The translations under genes and the position numbers were made by a program. The notes under the pieces are model-generated. The model had not been told where the DNA came from. It was given only the letters and a program-made list of their open reading frames with translations, and made no database searches. DNA of 64,000 bases from Octopus vulgaris (lineage: Eukaryota), in assembly GCA_951406725.2 (NCBI GenBank), contig OX597814.1, positions 208,630,001-208,694,000 on the forward strand, in the 5' to 3' direction. Of the stretch, positions 51,923 to 64,000 are shown in pieces; positions within the stretch are counted from its first letter, which is position 1, and every line of letters begins with the position of its first letter.

Positions 51923-52360
51923 TACTGTTATAAATTTCTTTTTCTTTTGTAATATTCACAAAAGTAATCAAGCATTAAATATCAATGTCTTTCCTCGTAC
52001 ATTTATCACCTTGTTACAAATACTTAATTTCAAAAGTTTTCGTTAGAGATTCAAAAACTACAATATACAAACAAATATTAACATATTCTCAAGTTTAATT
52101 ATGTGTGTCTGACAGAATTCAGCTATGGAGGCTTTCCTGTTTATTCTTAATCTTGGCTTTGGTCATTTGTCATAGTATTTCTGATGAGTCAGTGATGGGG
52201 GAGGGGGTGGGCACTTGAGCTACCAGATGAGTTGTAGTGCTGTAGAATTGGGGTATGGAGATGGGGGTATTGCATAGTATGTAGTCACACAATAAGGTTA
52301 GGAATCATATAACCCAAACAGGTTAAAGGGGACTGTTATGGTCTGGCGGAAGTTGGGTAA

Positions 52361-53135
52361 GGCGGCGAGCTGGCAGAAACGTTAGCACGCCGGGCGAAAT
52401 GCTTAGCGGTATTTCGTCAGCCGCTACGTTCTGAGTTCAAATTCCGTCGAGGTCGACTTTGCCTTTCATCCTTTCAGGGTCGATTAAATAAGTACCAGTT
52501 ACGCACTGGGGTCGATATAATCGACTTAATCCATTTGTCTGTCCTTGTTTGTCCCCTCTGTGTTTAGCCCCTTGTGGGTAGTAAAGAAATAGGTATTTCG
52601 TCTGCCGCTACGTTCTGAGTTCAAATTCCGTCGAGGTCGACTTTGCCTTTCATTCTTTCAGGGTCGATTAAATAAGTACCAGTTACGCACTGGGGTCGAT
52701 ATAATCGACTTAATCCATTTGTCTGTCCTTGTTTGTCCCCTCTGTGTTTAGCCCCTTGTGGGTAGTAAAGAAATAGGTATTTCGTCGGCCGCTACGTTCT
52801 GAGTTCAAATTCCGTCGAGGTCGACTTTGCCCTTCATTCTTTCAGGGTCAATTAAATAAGTACCAGTTACGCACTGGGGTCGATATAATCGACTCAATCC
52901 GTTTGTGTGTCCTTGATTGTCCCCTCTGTGTTTAGCCCCTTGTGGGTAGTAAAGAAATAGGTATTTCGTCTGCCGCTACGTTCTGAGTTCAAATTCCATC
53001 GAGGTCGACTTTGCCTTTCATCCTTTCGGGGCCGATTAAACAAGTACCAGTTACGTACTGGGGTCGATATAATTGACTTACTCTGTTTGTTTGTCCCCTC
53101 TGTATTTAGCCCCTTGTGGGTAGTAAAGAAATAGG
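52361..53135 (+). mobile_element. Family B SINE tetramer: one head plus four ~184-bp bodies
   Basis: Units start at 52408, 52592, 52776 and 52960. Each has B-box gagttcaaattcc and the Meta-like core gactttgcctttcatcctttc.gggtcgat..ataagtaccag. Confidence 0.9.
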
Positions 53136-53796
53136 AGGTTGGGTTTTGAAGGTGCGAAACAAATCATGGATATTTTAGAATCTGTATGTAAAGGGTGTGT
53201 GTAGGGGATGAAACAAGTTGATGGAGAGAGTGCCAAAGAACACTGGTAGCATCAGTATGAGATGAGTGTGAGAGCCAAGAAGAGTTGTGAATGCTGAAGA
53301 GATGGAGAGCAGAGACTTTGGAGAGAAAGTGAGACATATGTCCTTGATACAAGAGATATGGCTCAAGAGTTGTTACTGGTTTGAAAAGTTTGTAGAATAA
53401 TAGAAACAGTGGGGGAAGTAGACTTTGAACAGAGAGAGAGAGAGAGGTGAGTGATAGGAAGTGGAATTTACCTATGCATATACAGAACTGGACTATGGAT
53501 AATAGGTTGATTTGTGGCTTGATGTAGCATGGTTTAAGTACTAGTAAAAGATGATACATGAGTACAGGTCAGATTGTAATCTGTGGATGTTAGCGGAAGG
53601 TGAAATTAATCAGGAGATATAGTCCCAGCTTTTGGCTTCTTAGGGAAGTGTAACGGGTGATGATGGTATGTCACAATATCACAGAATCTTCCTGCTGAGA
53701 GGCTTCTCTGATGTGCTTACTTTACAGAAAAATAGAGGGAATCCTCTACATTATATAGAACATGTCTACAAGAGGTAAATGGTGAAGGAAAGTCCA

Positions 53797-53955
53797 AGGC
53801 TGTATGGTAAGTAGCTTGTTTACCAACCACATGATTCCGGGTTCAGTCCCACTGCGTGGCATCTTGGGCAAGTGTCTTCTACTATAGCCTCAGGCTGACC
53901 AAAGCCTTGTGAGTGGATTTGGTGGACGGAAACTGAAAGAAGCCCATCGTATATA

Positions 53956-53998
<43 letters not shown>

Positions 53999-54215
53999 GC
54001 GTGTGTGTGTGTGTCTGTGTTTGTCCCCCTAGCATTGCTTGACAACCGATGCTGGTGTGTTTATGTCCCCGTTACTTAGCGGTTCGGCAAAAGAGACCGA
54101 TAGAATAAGTACTGGGCTTACAAAAAGAATAAGTCCCAGGGTCGAGTTGCTCGACTAAAGGCGGTGCTCCAGCATGGCCGCAGTCAAATGACTGAAATAA
54201 GTAAGTAAAAGAGTA
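53797..54215 (+). mobile_element. Family A SINE
   Basis: Matches 25567. Confidence 0.9.
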
Positions 54216-55109
54216 AATGTGCATGAGACTCTTTCTTTCATAGTTAACTGTACACAGCAAGGCATTCATTCATTCATTCATTCCAAAAAGCAGTTTGTTG
54301 ATAGAGTGTGGAGAGGACAGTGCTATGGGAGGAAAAGACAGAGCAGGGAAGGAACACATAGTGATAGTCACCGACTGCAAAGACAACCACAAATCTATAA
54401 ATAGATTCTGCAGAAGTTCAAAAAAACATATTTGAAGAGAATGTTTAACCACGGGCACCCACACTGTGATACGATTTATTTCCTCTGCGAGTGTGTTTAT
54501 GAGCAAATTTAAGTACTTTATTCAGAAAATGGTTTACCACAATTATACCACAGCAACGACGTAACAGTGTGTTGTGTTCTATTAGAGCAAGTTGTGCTGT
54601 ATTAGTTTGATTCAGCATCATCATCTGTTTACACTGAGATGATGCACTGCTTCCTACTCTGCAGCAACCCATGAATTGTGGTTTATTTTCCTCTTTCACT
54701 CCCTCAGTTTCCGAAGCTCTGCAATGGTCACAAATGCTGCCCTTTTTCATTCTGAGTAAGCCAGGATTTCCTTCTTTTTTTTTCCCCTTTTTTTTTTTTA
54801 CTTTGTAATATTAACAAAGTTTGGAATTTTCTAAGTGCTGTGAAGAATTTTTGGTTTTTTTTTAAAGAGGTTCAATATAAAATTTTTATGTGGAGGGAGT
54901 GAGGGTGGATGAGAAAGAGAGAGAGAGAGAGAGAGGCAGACAGGGAGACAGAAAGGCTGAGGAAAGTTGAGACAAAAGGGGAAGCAGAGAGAGGGGGAGA
55001 GAGAGAGAGAGAAGCATAGGGAATGCAAAGACAAAGAAAGAAGCAGGCACGGAGAAAGAGAGAGAGAGAAGAAAGCTAACAGAGGCAGAGACAAACACTG
55101 ATTGTCTGA

Positions 55110-55348
55110 GTTGTGTGTGTGTATGTCTGCGTGTGTGTGTGTCTACATATAAGTGTGTGTCTGTGTGTGTGTGTCCGTGCGTGTGTGTGTGTGTGTGTGT
55201 GTGTCTGCATGTAAGTGCGTGTCTGTGTGTGTCTGAGTGTAAGTGTGTGTCTGCGTGTAAGTGTGTGTCTGCGTGTAAGTGTGTGTCTGCGTGTAAGTGT
55301 GTGTCTGCGTGTAAGTGTGTGTCTGCGAGTAAGTGTGTGTCTGCGTGT

Positions 55349-55385
<37 letters not shown>

Positions 55386-55612
55386 TGCGTGTGTGTGTGT
55401 GTGTCTGCGTGTGTGTGTCTGCGTGTGTGTATGTCTGCATGTGTGTGTGTGTGTGTGTCTGCACATGCGTGTGTGTGTGTCTGCACATGTGTGTGTGTGT
55501 GTCTGCACATGTGTGTGTGTGTGTCTGTGTATGTGTCTGCGTGTAAGTGCGTGTCTGTGTGTAAATGCATGTCTATATGTAAGTGTGTGTCTGCATGCAA
55601 GTGCGTGTGTAT
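55110..55612. repeat. (TG)-derived minisatellite with 18-bp unit gtgtctgcgtgtaagtgt
   Basis: Visible tandem units at 55230-55355. Confidence 0.9.
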
Positions 55613-56904
55613 GAATTAATAAGTATGGCATAATTTTTTTTTTCCCCCAACCAGGCTCATAAGTTTCACAAGCGAATTATGTCTATTTACCATTCTGGTT
55701 TGTTTTTTTGTTTTTTTTCATGAGCCAATAAGCCACTTGGCATACTAGAAAGCAGCGTATCAAATCTCCCTCATGATGCACCCTACTATGTTAAAAAATA
55801 ATGAAGGATACATTAGATAATGCAATCTTATTTACACATACACAATATCTGATGAAATGGCAGAAGGGTGACATCTGGAACAACTTTGATTACAGGTCAG
55901 TTCAGGCAGGGCTAACCCGAGGCTAAAGAAAAAACCTCAACAAATTTTATACACTTCACATTGAAAATATTGCTTATTTGCTTTGTGCAGCTATGTTGCT
56001 TTAAATTGCCTGAAAACACTTTGAATCAACATATGATCTTAACTCCTATCCATCTGGCCTTTTTATTTGCTTATTTAATTATCACTAATCTCTTATGAAA
56101 TCCAATCAAATCCAATCTTTGTGACAAAACCTCATACTACTAGAATACAATGAGTGTTGCTGCTGCTGCTGTTGAAATCGACTACAAGCAGTGGCTTCTT
56201 CGGCAACTAATAATGAAACAGAGACAGTAATAATAGACAGAAGCAAGCAGAAGCTTCTGTCTGTCTGTCTAATAATTGTCACCCAAGTCAAAGGTGGTGA
56301 TGATGTTGCTTGTTGTAGTTATGGTGGTGGCAGGCAATTGTAATGCGGAGGGGAGAGGCGGGCCGGTGGTGGTATGGGAAGAAGAGGAAGAGGAGGAGGA
56401 GATGAATAACAAAAAAAGTTATCACGCTGATGTGTTACATATGCTGTGAAGAAAACAGTAATGATGCGGTTAAAAAAGTGTAAAAAATGACTCATCGTGC
56501 ACATGCACACACACACACACCACACGTGTCAGTATAATAAATAAACACACACACACACACACACGTCTGAGTAACCCTGATAAAGAATTCTTCACTCAAA
56601 ATTATCTACAACCCAGCAGCCCTATATTAGAATTATATGTCTTAACCACTGTTCCTTCTGCTACTACAGCTCTACAACTGTCTGCTTCCCTGAACCAGTT
56701 CAACTACAATCTTTTCACTCACATTCCATGCAACTTCCGAGTCCTCCTTTTAGCATTTACTGTATCTTACTCACCTCAGAATCTGCACTAAATACTCCTC
56801 GGTCTTTCTTCCCTGGAACTCTGTGTGTGTGTGTGTGCGTGTGTGTGGTGGGGAATGTTCTGAATTTTAGGAAAAAAAGTACAGTATGTCCCTGCATATC
56901 TTGT

Positions 56905-57335
56905 GATACCTGTGCCGGTGGCACGTTAAAAGCACCATCCATACGTGGCCGATGCCAGTGCCGCCTTGATTGGCTTCCGTGCCGGTAGCACATAAAAAGC
57001 ACCAACCGTTGCCAGCCTCCTCTGACACCTATGCCGGTGGCACGTAAAAAGCACCATCCGATCGTGGCCGTTTGCCAGCCTCCCCTGGCACCTGTGCCGG
57101 TGGCACGTAAAAAGCACCAACTGATCGTGGCCGTTGCCAACCTCTGCTGGTGGCACGTAAAAAGCACCCACTACACTGATGGAGTAGTTGGCATTAGGAA
57201 GGGCATCCAGCTGTAGAAACACTGCCAGATCAGACTGGAGCCTGGTGCAGCCTCCTGGCTTCCCAGATCCCCGGTCGAACCGTCCAACCCATGCTAGCAT
57301 GGAAAACGGACGTTAAACGATGATGATGATGATGA
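56905..57335 (+). mobile_element. Family C (RTE-type) 3' region with internal tandem units
   Basis: ggtggcacgtaaaaagcacc is repeated; (gat)n tail. Confidence 0.8.
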
Positions 57336-57662
57336 TCTTGAGAGGCAATTAAGGAGAGTTGCCACCAAGAGCATCCATCTGTGAAACACAACTTCAAAAA
57401 GTTGTGCCCAAATGTCCATAATAGCATATAGAATGAATGTAAAGTGATGATGATGATGATGATAATGGTGGTAGAGTGTGTGTGTGTGTGTGTGTGTGCA
57501 AACACTTGCTTGGTTTTGTTTGTGTAGTGCTTGCATAAGTGCATGTCAATGTCCTAAAATGCACAAAAAAGTTACTAAAAATAACATAGCAACAAGGAAC
57601 GCCCACTTCAATACAAATTTCAGATATTTGTGCAAGGCAACAAAATATGTAAGGATAAGGGT

Positions 57663-58062
57663 TACTCTTTACTCTTTTACTTGTTTCAGTCATTTGACTG
57701 CAGCCATGCTGGAGCACCGCCTTTAATCGAGCAACTCGACCCCAGGACTTATTCTTTTGTAAGCCTAGTACTTATTCTATCGGAACTCTTTTGCCGAACC
57801 GCTAAGTGACGGGGACGTAAACACACCAGCATCGGTTGTCAAGCAATGCTAGGGGGACAAACACAGACACACAAACATACACACACACACACATATATAT
57901 ATATATACATATATACAACGGGCTTCTTTAAGTTTCCGTCTACCAAATCCACTCACAAGGCTTTGGTCGGCCCGAGGCTATAGTAGAAGACACTTGCCCA
58001 AGGTGCCACGCAGTGGGACTGAACCCGGAACCATGTGGTTGGTAAACAAGCTACTTACCACA
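57663..58062 (-). mobile_element. Family A SINE
   Basis: Reverse complement of 25567. Confidence 0.9.
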
Positions 58063-59279
58063 AATATCTTCAGTTGATTTTATTGAATCCAAAATAAAAA
58101 GTACCGGATAAGAGACCTCTACAGAAATTACTTCATTTTCATTATTCAAGAAGTAGGTGTGCTACAAATAAATAATTCAAGTAACAGCTGACCAGGCATA
58201 GGTCACCAATTATCACCATACAACACCTACACAAATGATTTTTCCAAGTCAACCCCGTCATTGAACCAACCTATGATCCAGCATGGTCCAGCTGTGACTA
58301 TATCCTATCTTTTATTCAAACAGTGAATAGATATTATCTATTGTCTTTCAGTTTTTCAGATGATATGATATCATGACCGAGAAAAGAATTGGCTGATATT
58401 TCTAATGAGTCAAACTTCCACATAGAGCTCATATGTTAGCTTAATCCCTTTACACGTAGAAATTAAAGACGTGTCGTCAGTGTCGCCATCGTCCCCCTCC
58501 CACCCCGCTGTTAGAAACTATCGCCTGACCTCATTATATCTCTGTCCTTGTCAAAACCTATATAGCACAAGCAACAACAAAAACCATCAAAAAATGGGTT
58601 TGACTAAATAGAATAAAACATTCTGAGACAATGTTATTTTTTCATAATTTGTTTATTTGTAGCCACATTTCTAAATTAGTATGATTAGTATGGATTTTGT
58701 AAGAGCAGTCAATTGTTGTTTAGCCCAAGATCAATCCTAATTAAGCAGGTATCTATTATTAAAGACAATTTAGCTGTGACTATCATGTCTTTTCATCTGA
58801 CAATATCTAAGATATGTGTCCTTTTTTTTAAGAATGCAAAGAGTGTGGGCTGAGAAAGATTGGTTTGAGGTCACTCCCCACCATACTATTCTATGGCCAT
58901 ACACATGTTGTCACCACACCCAGTTTGTTCTGTCAATACTATAGTCAACCCTGCTCTACAGAGCTGACTTTTCTCATGTTAACTCTATTCAGACCTTTCC
59001 AACTCACCACCTCTTAATCACTCGTATTGTTCTCATTTCCAGTCTCACAACACCCAGTTGTGCCTCTGGAATTCCCTCCCTGCACGTTTTTCTTGCAGCT
59101 TTTGACTTCGAGGGGAATATAAACTTCATCAATTTCACTGACCCAGATGGGTTTACATTGGTCATAGGCACAAACCCTCCAAAAAAAAAAAAAATCAAGT
59201 GACTAAAGGCTCCACCTTTAACTCATATTGAAACAGTAACTTTTATTTATTGATATTTGCTATTCCCACTGTTGCAATA

Positions 59280-59649
59280 TCTCTCTATATATAAACGGCA
59301 AAATGTCTGTGTGTGTGTGTCCTTTATACAAATCCACAATTTTTCAGTTAGAGGGCTCGCACTTTCTACGGTCATTCAAAACTGTCCAAGGGTGGTCGTG
59401 CACATCTTTACATTTCCCCAGTCACCCAGCAAAGCCATTAAAAAAAATTGATAGAAGTGACTTTTTTGTGAATTTTCTATCCAAAACCTAATCAAAATGC
59501 CCAAAACTTGATACGCCAATTGAATGCCAGCTAGCTGTATGTGATTGGTTGGAGATTTGGACAGTACTTGCATGTATGTGCACTCACATAAGCAGCTGTA
59601 TATGCATGCATCAGCACTATGACCTGGCAACGCTGGGTCATAGTGCTAG
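59280..59649 (+). mobile_element. Non-autonomous Helitron
   Basis: A|TCtctctatatataaacggca ... hairpin gcactatgacc/ggtcatagtgc overlapping the terminal CTAG|T. Confidence 0.85.
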
Positions 59650-59679
59650 TTTAACAATAAAACAGGAGTAGAACCTGAG

Positions 59680-60186
59680 ACAAGCAAAGTTTTGCTCAAA
59701 AGTACACCAAAGATAGGAATTCATTGAATGAGATAACTGGGTGTAACTGTACGAAAATTAAAAGAACTTCAATGTGTACATTCTGCCAGTGATGATTTAC
59801 ACCAGTGAAGCATGGGCTCACAATACTACCACCATGAATGCCCTCGTTGTTGTCCAACAGAAAATGGAACAAATCATGCTCAGCATCACATTGCTGGACA
59901 AGAAAACCAAAGCCTGGATTCAACGATAACCATCAAGGAGAACAAATAGAGATGGGCTGACCACATTGCTTGACTGAAGGACAACAGATGAACAATCAGG
60001 GTGACAAAATGAATACCACAACAATGGACAAGATCAAGAAGCTGACCAAAGACAAGATGGTGAGATGATCTCACTCACTACCTGGAGCCTACATGGCCAT
60101 GACTGACCAGAGACAGATAGCAGTGAAAGGAGTCCTAGGTTCCTCCTTCAGGAGCAATGAATCCTTGGATGATATTATTATTATTA
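59680..60186 (+). mobile_element. RTE-like LINE 3' relic
   Basis: RWADHIA*LKDNR*TIRVTK*IPQQWTRSRS*PKTRW*DDL, followed by an (att)n tail. Confidence 0.7.
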
Positions 60187-60914
60187 GTTTGGTTGACAAT
60201 ACTTTTTGGCACTAAGGCAGTCAACACACACACACACACATACATACATACATACATAGAGAGTGAGGGGAAGAGATTACAATTTGAGCACGATTGGGCA
60301 CTTTCCTATTCCTCATACACATAAGTAGAAACAAACAGAAAGCGAGAAAAAGATAAGGAAAGGTCAGAGTCAAATCAGGGATGCCAAATAGATAGCACCA
60401 AAACAGTTGTACCAAAAAGCCTCATACCCATGAGTCCATACCATGTGGTCAGTGGCCCTGTCTTATCATATTTGTAATGAATTGCGTTATCTATATGTTT
60501 CAAAATAATATTGAAAATAGTTAAAAATTTAGAGACATTTTCATTAAGCTGGTGTTTGGAAACATAATGTAACGAATCAATTCTTACATGAAATTATAAT
60601 GGAAGATTTTAATTAAAAGAGAAAACTTTGTTTAACAGAATGAGAAGGCCTCAAGTAGATTGGTATCAAAGGAGTCAACTATGGTCATTATACCTCAATG
60701 AAGTAGTCATTTAAAATCAAAAAACAAGGAGCCCCAATTCAAACTATCTTATCTGAATTTTCCTTAGTTTTAAATTTCTTACTCATAATACAAAAATTAT
60801 AATTTTTAGCAAGAGAGTAAAATTCAAAAAGTAAAACTCTCAAACTTGAATCAATTATTTTTACTATAGACACAAAACTTTTTTTTTTTTTTTTTTTTGG
60901 TGGTGGTAGAGAAG

Positions 60915-61090
60915 CAGGGCAGTCAATTATATTGACTCCAGTGCTCAACGGGTACTTATTTTATCAATCCTGAGAGAATGAAAGGCAAAGTTGCCCTTGG
61001 CAAAATTTGAGCTCAGAATGCAAGGCCAGAATGTAATGGCACTAAGCATTTTGTCCAGCATGATAATGATTCTGTCAGCTTGCTACCTTT
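60915..61090 (-). mobile_element. Old family B SINE
   Basis: atgaaaggcaaagttg...aatttgagctcagaa. Confidence 0.65.
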
Positions 61091-61216
61091 CAAACTTGAA
61101 TAATAATTTCAAAAAATTCAAACACAAATTTCAGTTTTAGTTCTTTGAAATTCGTCCCACCCATACAAACATATGTACAAGCACTGCTACAACTATCACA
61201 CATACAAATACCTTAA

Positions 61217-61438
61217 CCCTTTAGTGTTCAGATTACTCTGTAAAATGTAAGGTTTTTTTAATTTAAATTGTTTTGAATTAATCATGCATTACCTTATCGC
61301 TTTGAGGTTTCAATGGTGTGATTGTTTATTTTTAGACTGTCAATGTAGGTTAGGTGTGAGAGGCTAGATATGAACAGTTTGAATATAAAATATGTAGAAT
61401 ATATTGGGCCGGATTTGGCCAGTTTAAACACTAAAGGG
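61217..61438. mobile_element. TTAA-type MITE
   Basis: TTAA|ccctttagtgtt...aacactaaaggg|TTAA. Confidence 0.9.
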
Positions 61439-63365
61439 TTAAGCAGGCAAATACATCTATTGTATTAATTTGAAATTTAGAAAGAAGTGGGTTGGAATGA
61501 ACCTAAATAAAGTTCTTGATTGAGTAAGAAGACTGGATGAAATTGAGACAAACAAGCCTTACTGGGTATGAATCTTAGCATGTAGAGACAAGGGTGCACT
61601 GCTAAGCTGAGAAGGGGATAACAAAAAAAGTATCAGTGTATTAGTTGTGATACACAAGAAAGAAACCTGTGCTGGGATAGGCACATGATGTTTTAAGAAA
61701 GATGAAAGCAAAGAAATGCCAAATAAATCCGAGTGGAAGGAGCTTGTAGAAGAGGAAGACCAAAGAAAGGTATGAGAAAAAGTCATGAAGACCGATATTA
61801 GGATGCTGAACTTCACAAAAGAGATGACAAGGAACTGCAAACAGTGGTGAGATGCTATGCTAGAGAAGATCATTCCAACCCATGCAATTGTGGAAAAACA
61901 TAAAATGATGATTCTAATGACATATAAAAACGTATCAATAAAAGCACAGCAGGAAGAACTGCAGCTGAAATCCGATGACCATTGTTTTCCGATATCAATT
62001 ACTAAGCATGGAAACATGAACATTAAAATGATGATGACAATGATGATGATGATGAAGGCATTAGCTACTATTCAGAAAGGATTGGTGCAAAATTCTATTA
62101 GAGTAATTAGTAGCTTGTGTATTTTTGATAGTTTATTGTTATCAGCATTTCCCCTTACCACAGCCATGCTGTCTGATAGTTGACGAAATGGCATTCCTCC
62201 AAGACCAATACTAAGGAGGTGATCATATGTTATGGAATAATTGCAAAAATATAAATGAAAATTACTGTATTATAAAGAGTGCTTGGTAAGATTGCCAGAA
62301 AGACTGAACTAATTTTTCTGGCATTGCTGTTCATCTAACTTTTGGTGACTTAAATGTTGTTGGTAACTCATAACTTATCTCATATTTTCTCCATAAAATT
62401 TTGCTGTTTAGCCCCAGGTCAGTTCCGGCTGAAAAGATCTAAAATCTAAGACATTCCAGTTGTGACAATCTTGTCTTTTTCCAAGATACTGCACCCAAAA
62501 TCATTGTCCAACATGTGCTTTTCTCAGACAGTGGGGAGTGATCCAAAGGAAATGCAGCTGCTATTTCTAGCAACACCTTTATTTCTTTATAAATATTGTC
62601 AACTACAGACATCTGACCTGAATTAATGCCAAAGAATACATATATAATATGGCTATAAATACATACATACATACATTCAGTGCCCTACGAAGTGTATTCT
62701 TTGGGATTGAAGAGATATTCATATTTTACTTATTATACTGACCTATAAAGAAAGCAAAACCAACTTCCTGCCCTGACATGGCTTAAAATCAGAACAAAGA
62801 AATCACTACCAGGTGAGATGCAACAAAATATTTAAGTTAATCTTAATCATCAAATTAATCCTATACCATTCAAAAAAAAATTCTTGAAATATTCTTTAAA
62901 CCTTCAACCACATCTAACAAATACTATATTACCTATCTATGATTCCTTCACTAGAAACAATCAAATAGGACATTTAAATGAGCAGAATGTATATATAATT
63001 TATCAAAATGAGAACACTCTTTCAGATAATAATCCATATGGCTCCAGTGACCAAAACTAACACAAAAGCCCTTTTAGAAAGCTTATAAAAGGATATATGA
63101 TTATCAGATTAATCTTAACTTCAGATTTAGTGCAAATAAGTTATTGTATGAATCAAATATAAATGGATTTTAAAGAGTCTTCTGACAGTTTATTTTTATT
63201 TATCTTCTTTTTTTTTAATTCTATTTTGTGACCAGATTTAGTCATTTTGATGGTCGAAATCAGCTTGACTAAATTCTATTTAACTTGGTAGGTATTTCTT
63301 CATCCTGATTTCAAACCTTCATAAGATGACAGCTTTATCTTTCAGCTGTCCAGAGAGCTATAGAC

Positions 63366-63770
63366 ACAAAGGAGTGGCTGTGTGATAAGTAGCTTGCTAA
63401 CCAACCACATGGTTCCGGGTTCAGTCCCACTGCGTGGCATCTTGGGCAAGTGTCTTCTGCTATAGTCCCAGGCCGACCAATGCCTTGTGAGTGGATTTGG
63501 TAGACGGAAACTGAAAGAAGCCTGTCATATATATGTATATATATATATATATATGTATGTGTGTGCTTGTGTGTCTGTTTGTCCCCCTAGCATTGCTTGA
63601 CAACCGATGCTGGTGTGTTTACGTCCCCGTCACTTAGCGGTTCAGCAAAAGAGACCGATAGAATAAGTACTGGGCTTACAAAGAATAAGTCCCGGGGTCG
63701 ATTTGCTCGACTAAAGGTGGTGCTCCAGCATGGCCACAGTCAAATGACTGAAACAAGTAAAAGAGTAAAG
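63366..63770 (+). mobile_element. Family A SINE
   Basis: Near-identical to 25567. Confidence 0.9.
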
Positions 63771-64000
63771 ATGTAAATTGTAAATGTCTCCTGAATGCTG
63801 AAGGCGTTTAAGAGCCATGCTTTGCTCTGGTTTTAAATCAAACAAATCCCTCCACTGGGTAGCATGCTTGTCAACCTCGAGTATTAATCCAATATGATCT
63901 GTTGCTAAATTCTGGCAGTTCAAATAAGTATTAGCAACATAGTAGAAACAGACTGACTACAAACCTTCTTGACAAAAATTTATCTTGTATGAGGTCTAAA

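Noticed and set aside
53160-53790. Possible Penelope RT remnant (ISCIKD-like motif)
   Set aside because: Too degenerate to support by eye.
56771-56822. Possible minus-strand exon with a strong gtgagt donor
   Set aside because: No ARL5 similarity, and the acceptor lies in (CA)n without a pyrimidine tract.

Overview
This is eukaryotic, AT-rich, repeat-saturated genomic DNA. The SINE families and the microsatellite load suggest an octopus or other coleoid cephalopod (inferred from repeat content, not proven). The only host gene I can support is ARL5 (Arf-like small GTPase), seen as two minus-strand exons (29697-29844, 27310-27393) with canonical splice sites. I could not find its other exons, and a 100-N gap (23272-23371) lies just downstream of it. 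One tRNA-Val(TAC) gene or pseudogene lies at 41072-41144. DNA transposons: a Tc1 relic, a DD37D/maT element, a hAT MITE, TTAA-targeting MITEs, a Helitron1 Rep relic, five non-autonomous Helitrons, and a Helentron relic encoding 23-aa repeats, a DUF6570-like domain and an OTU-like protease domain. Retroelements: CR1 and RTE LINE relics, three tRNA-derived SINE families, and Penelope-like pieces carrying hammerhead ribozyme motifs. The most interesting signals are (i) a tRNA-like/Pol III head joined to a Penelope-type hammerhead in an inverted pair, (ii) 184-bp SINE multimers sharing one junction at separate loci, (iii) the Helentron OTU cargo, and (iv) a fold-back templated insertion revealed by a local duplication. 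Most ORFs in the supplied track are microsatellite artefacts. Coordinates were read by eye, so repeat boundaries may be off by a few bases.
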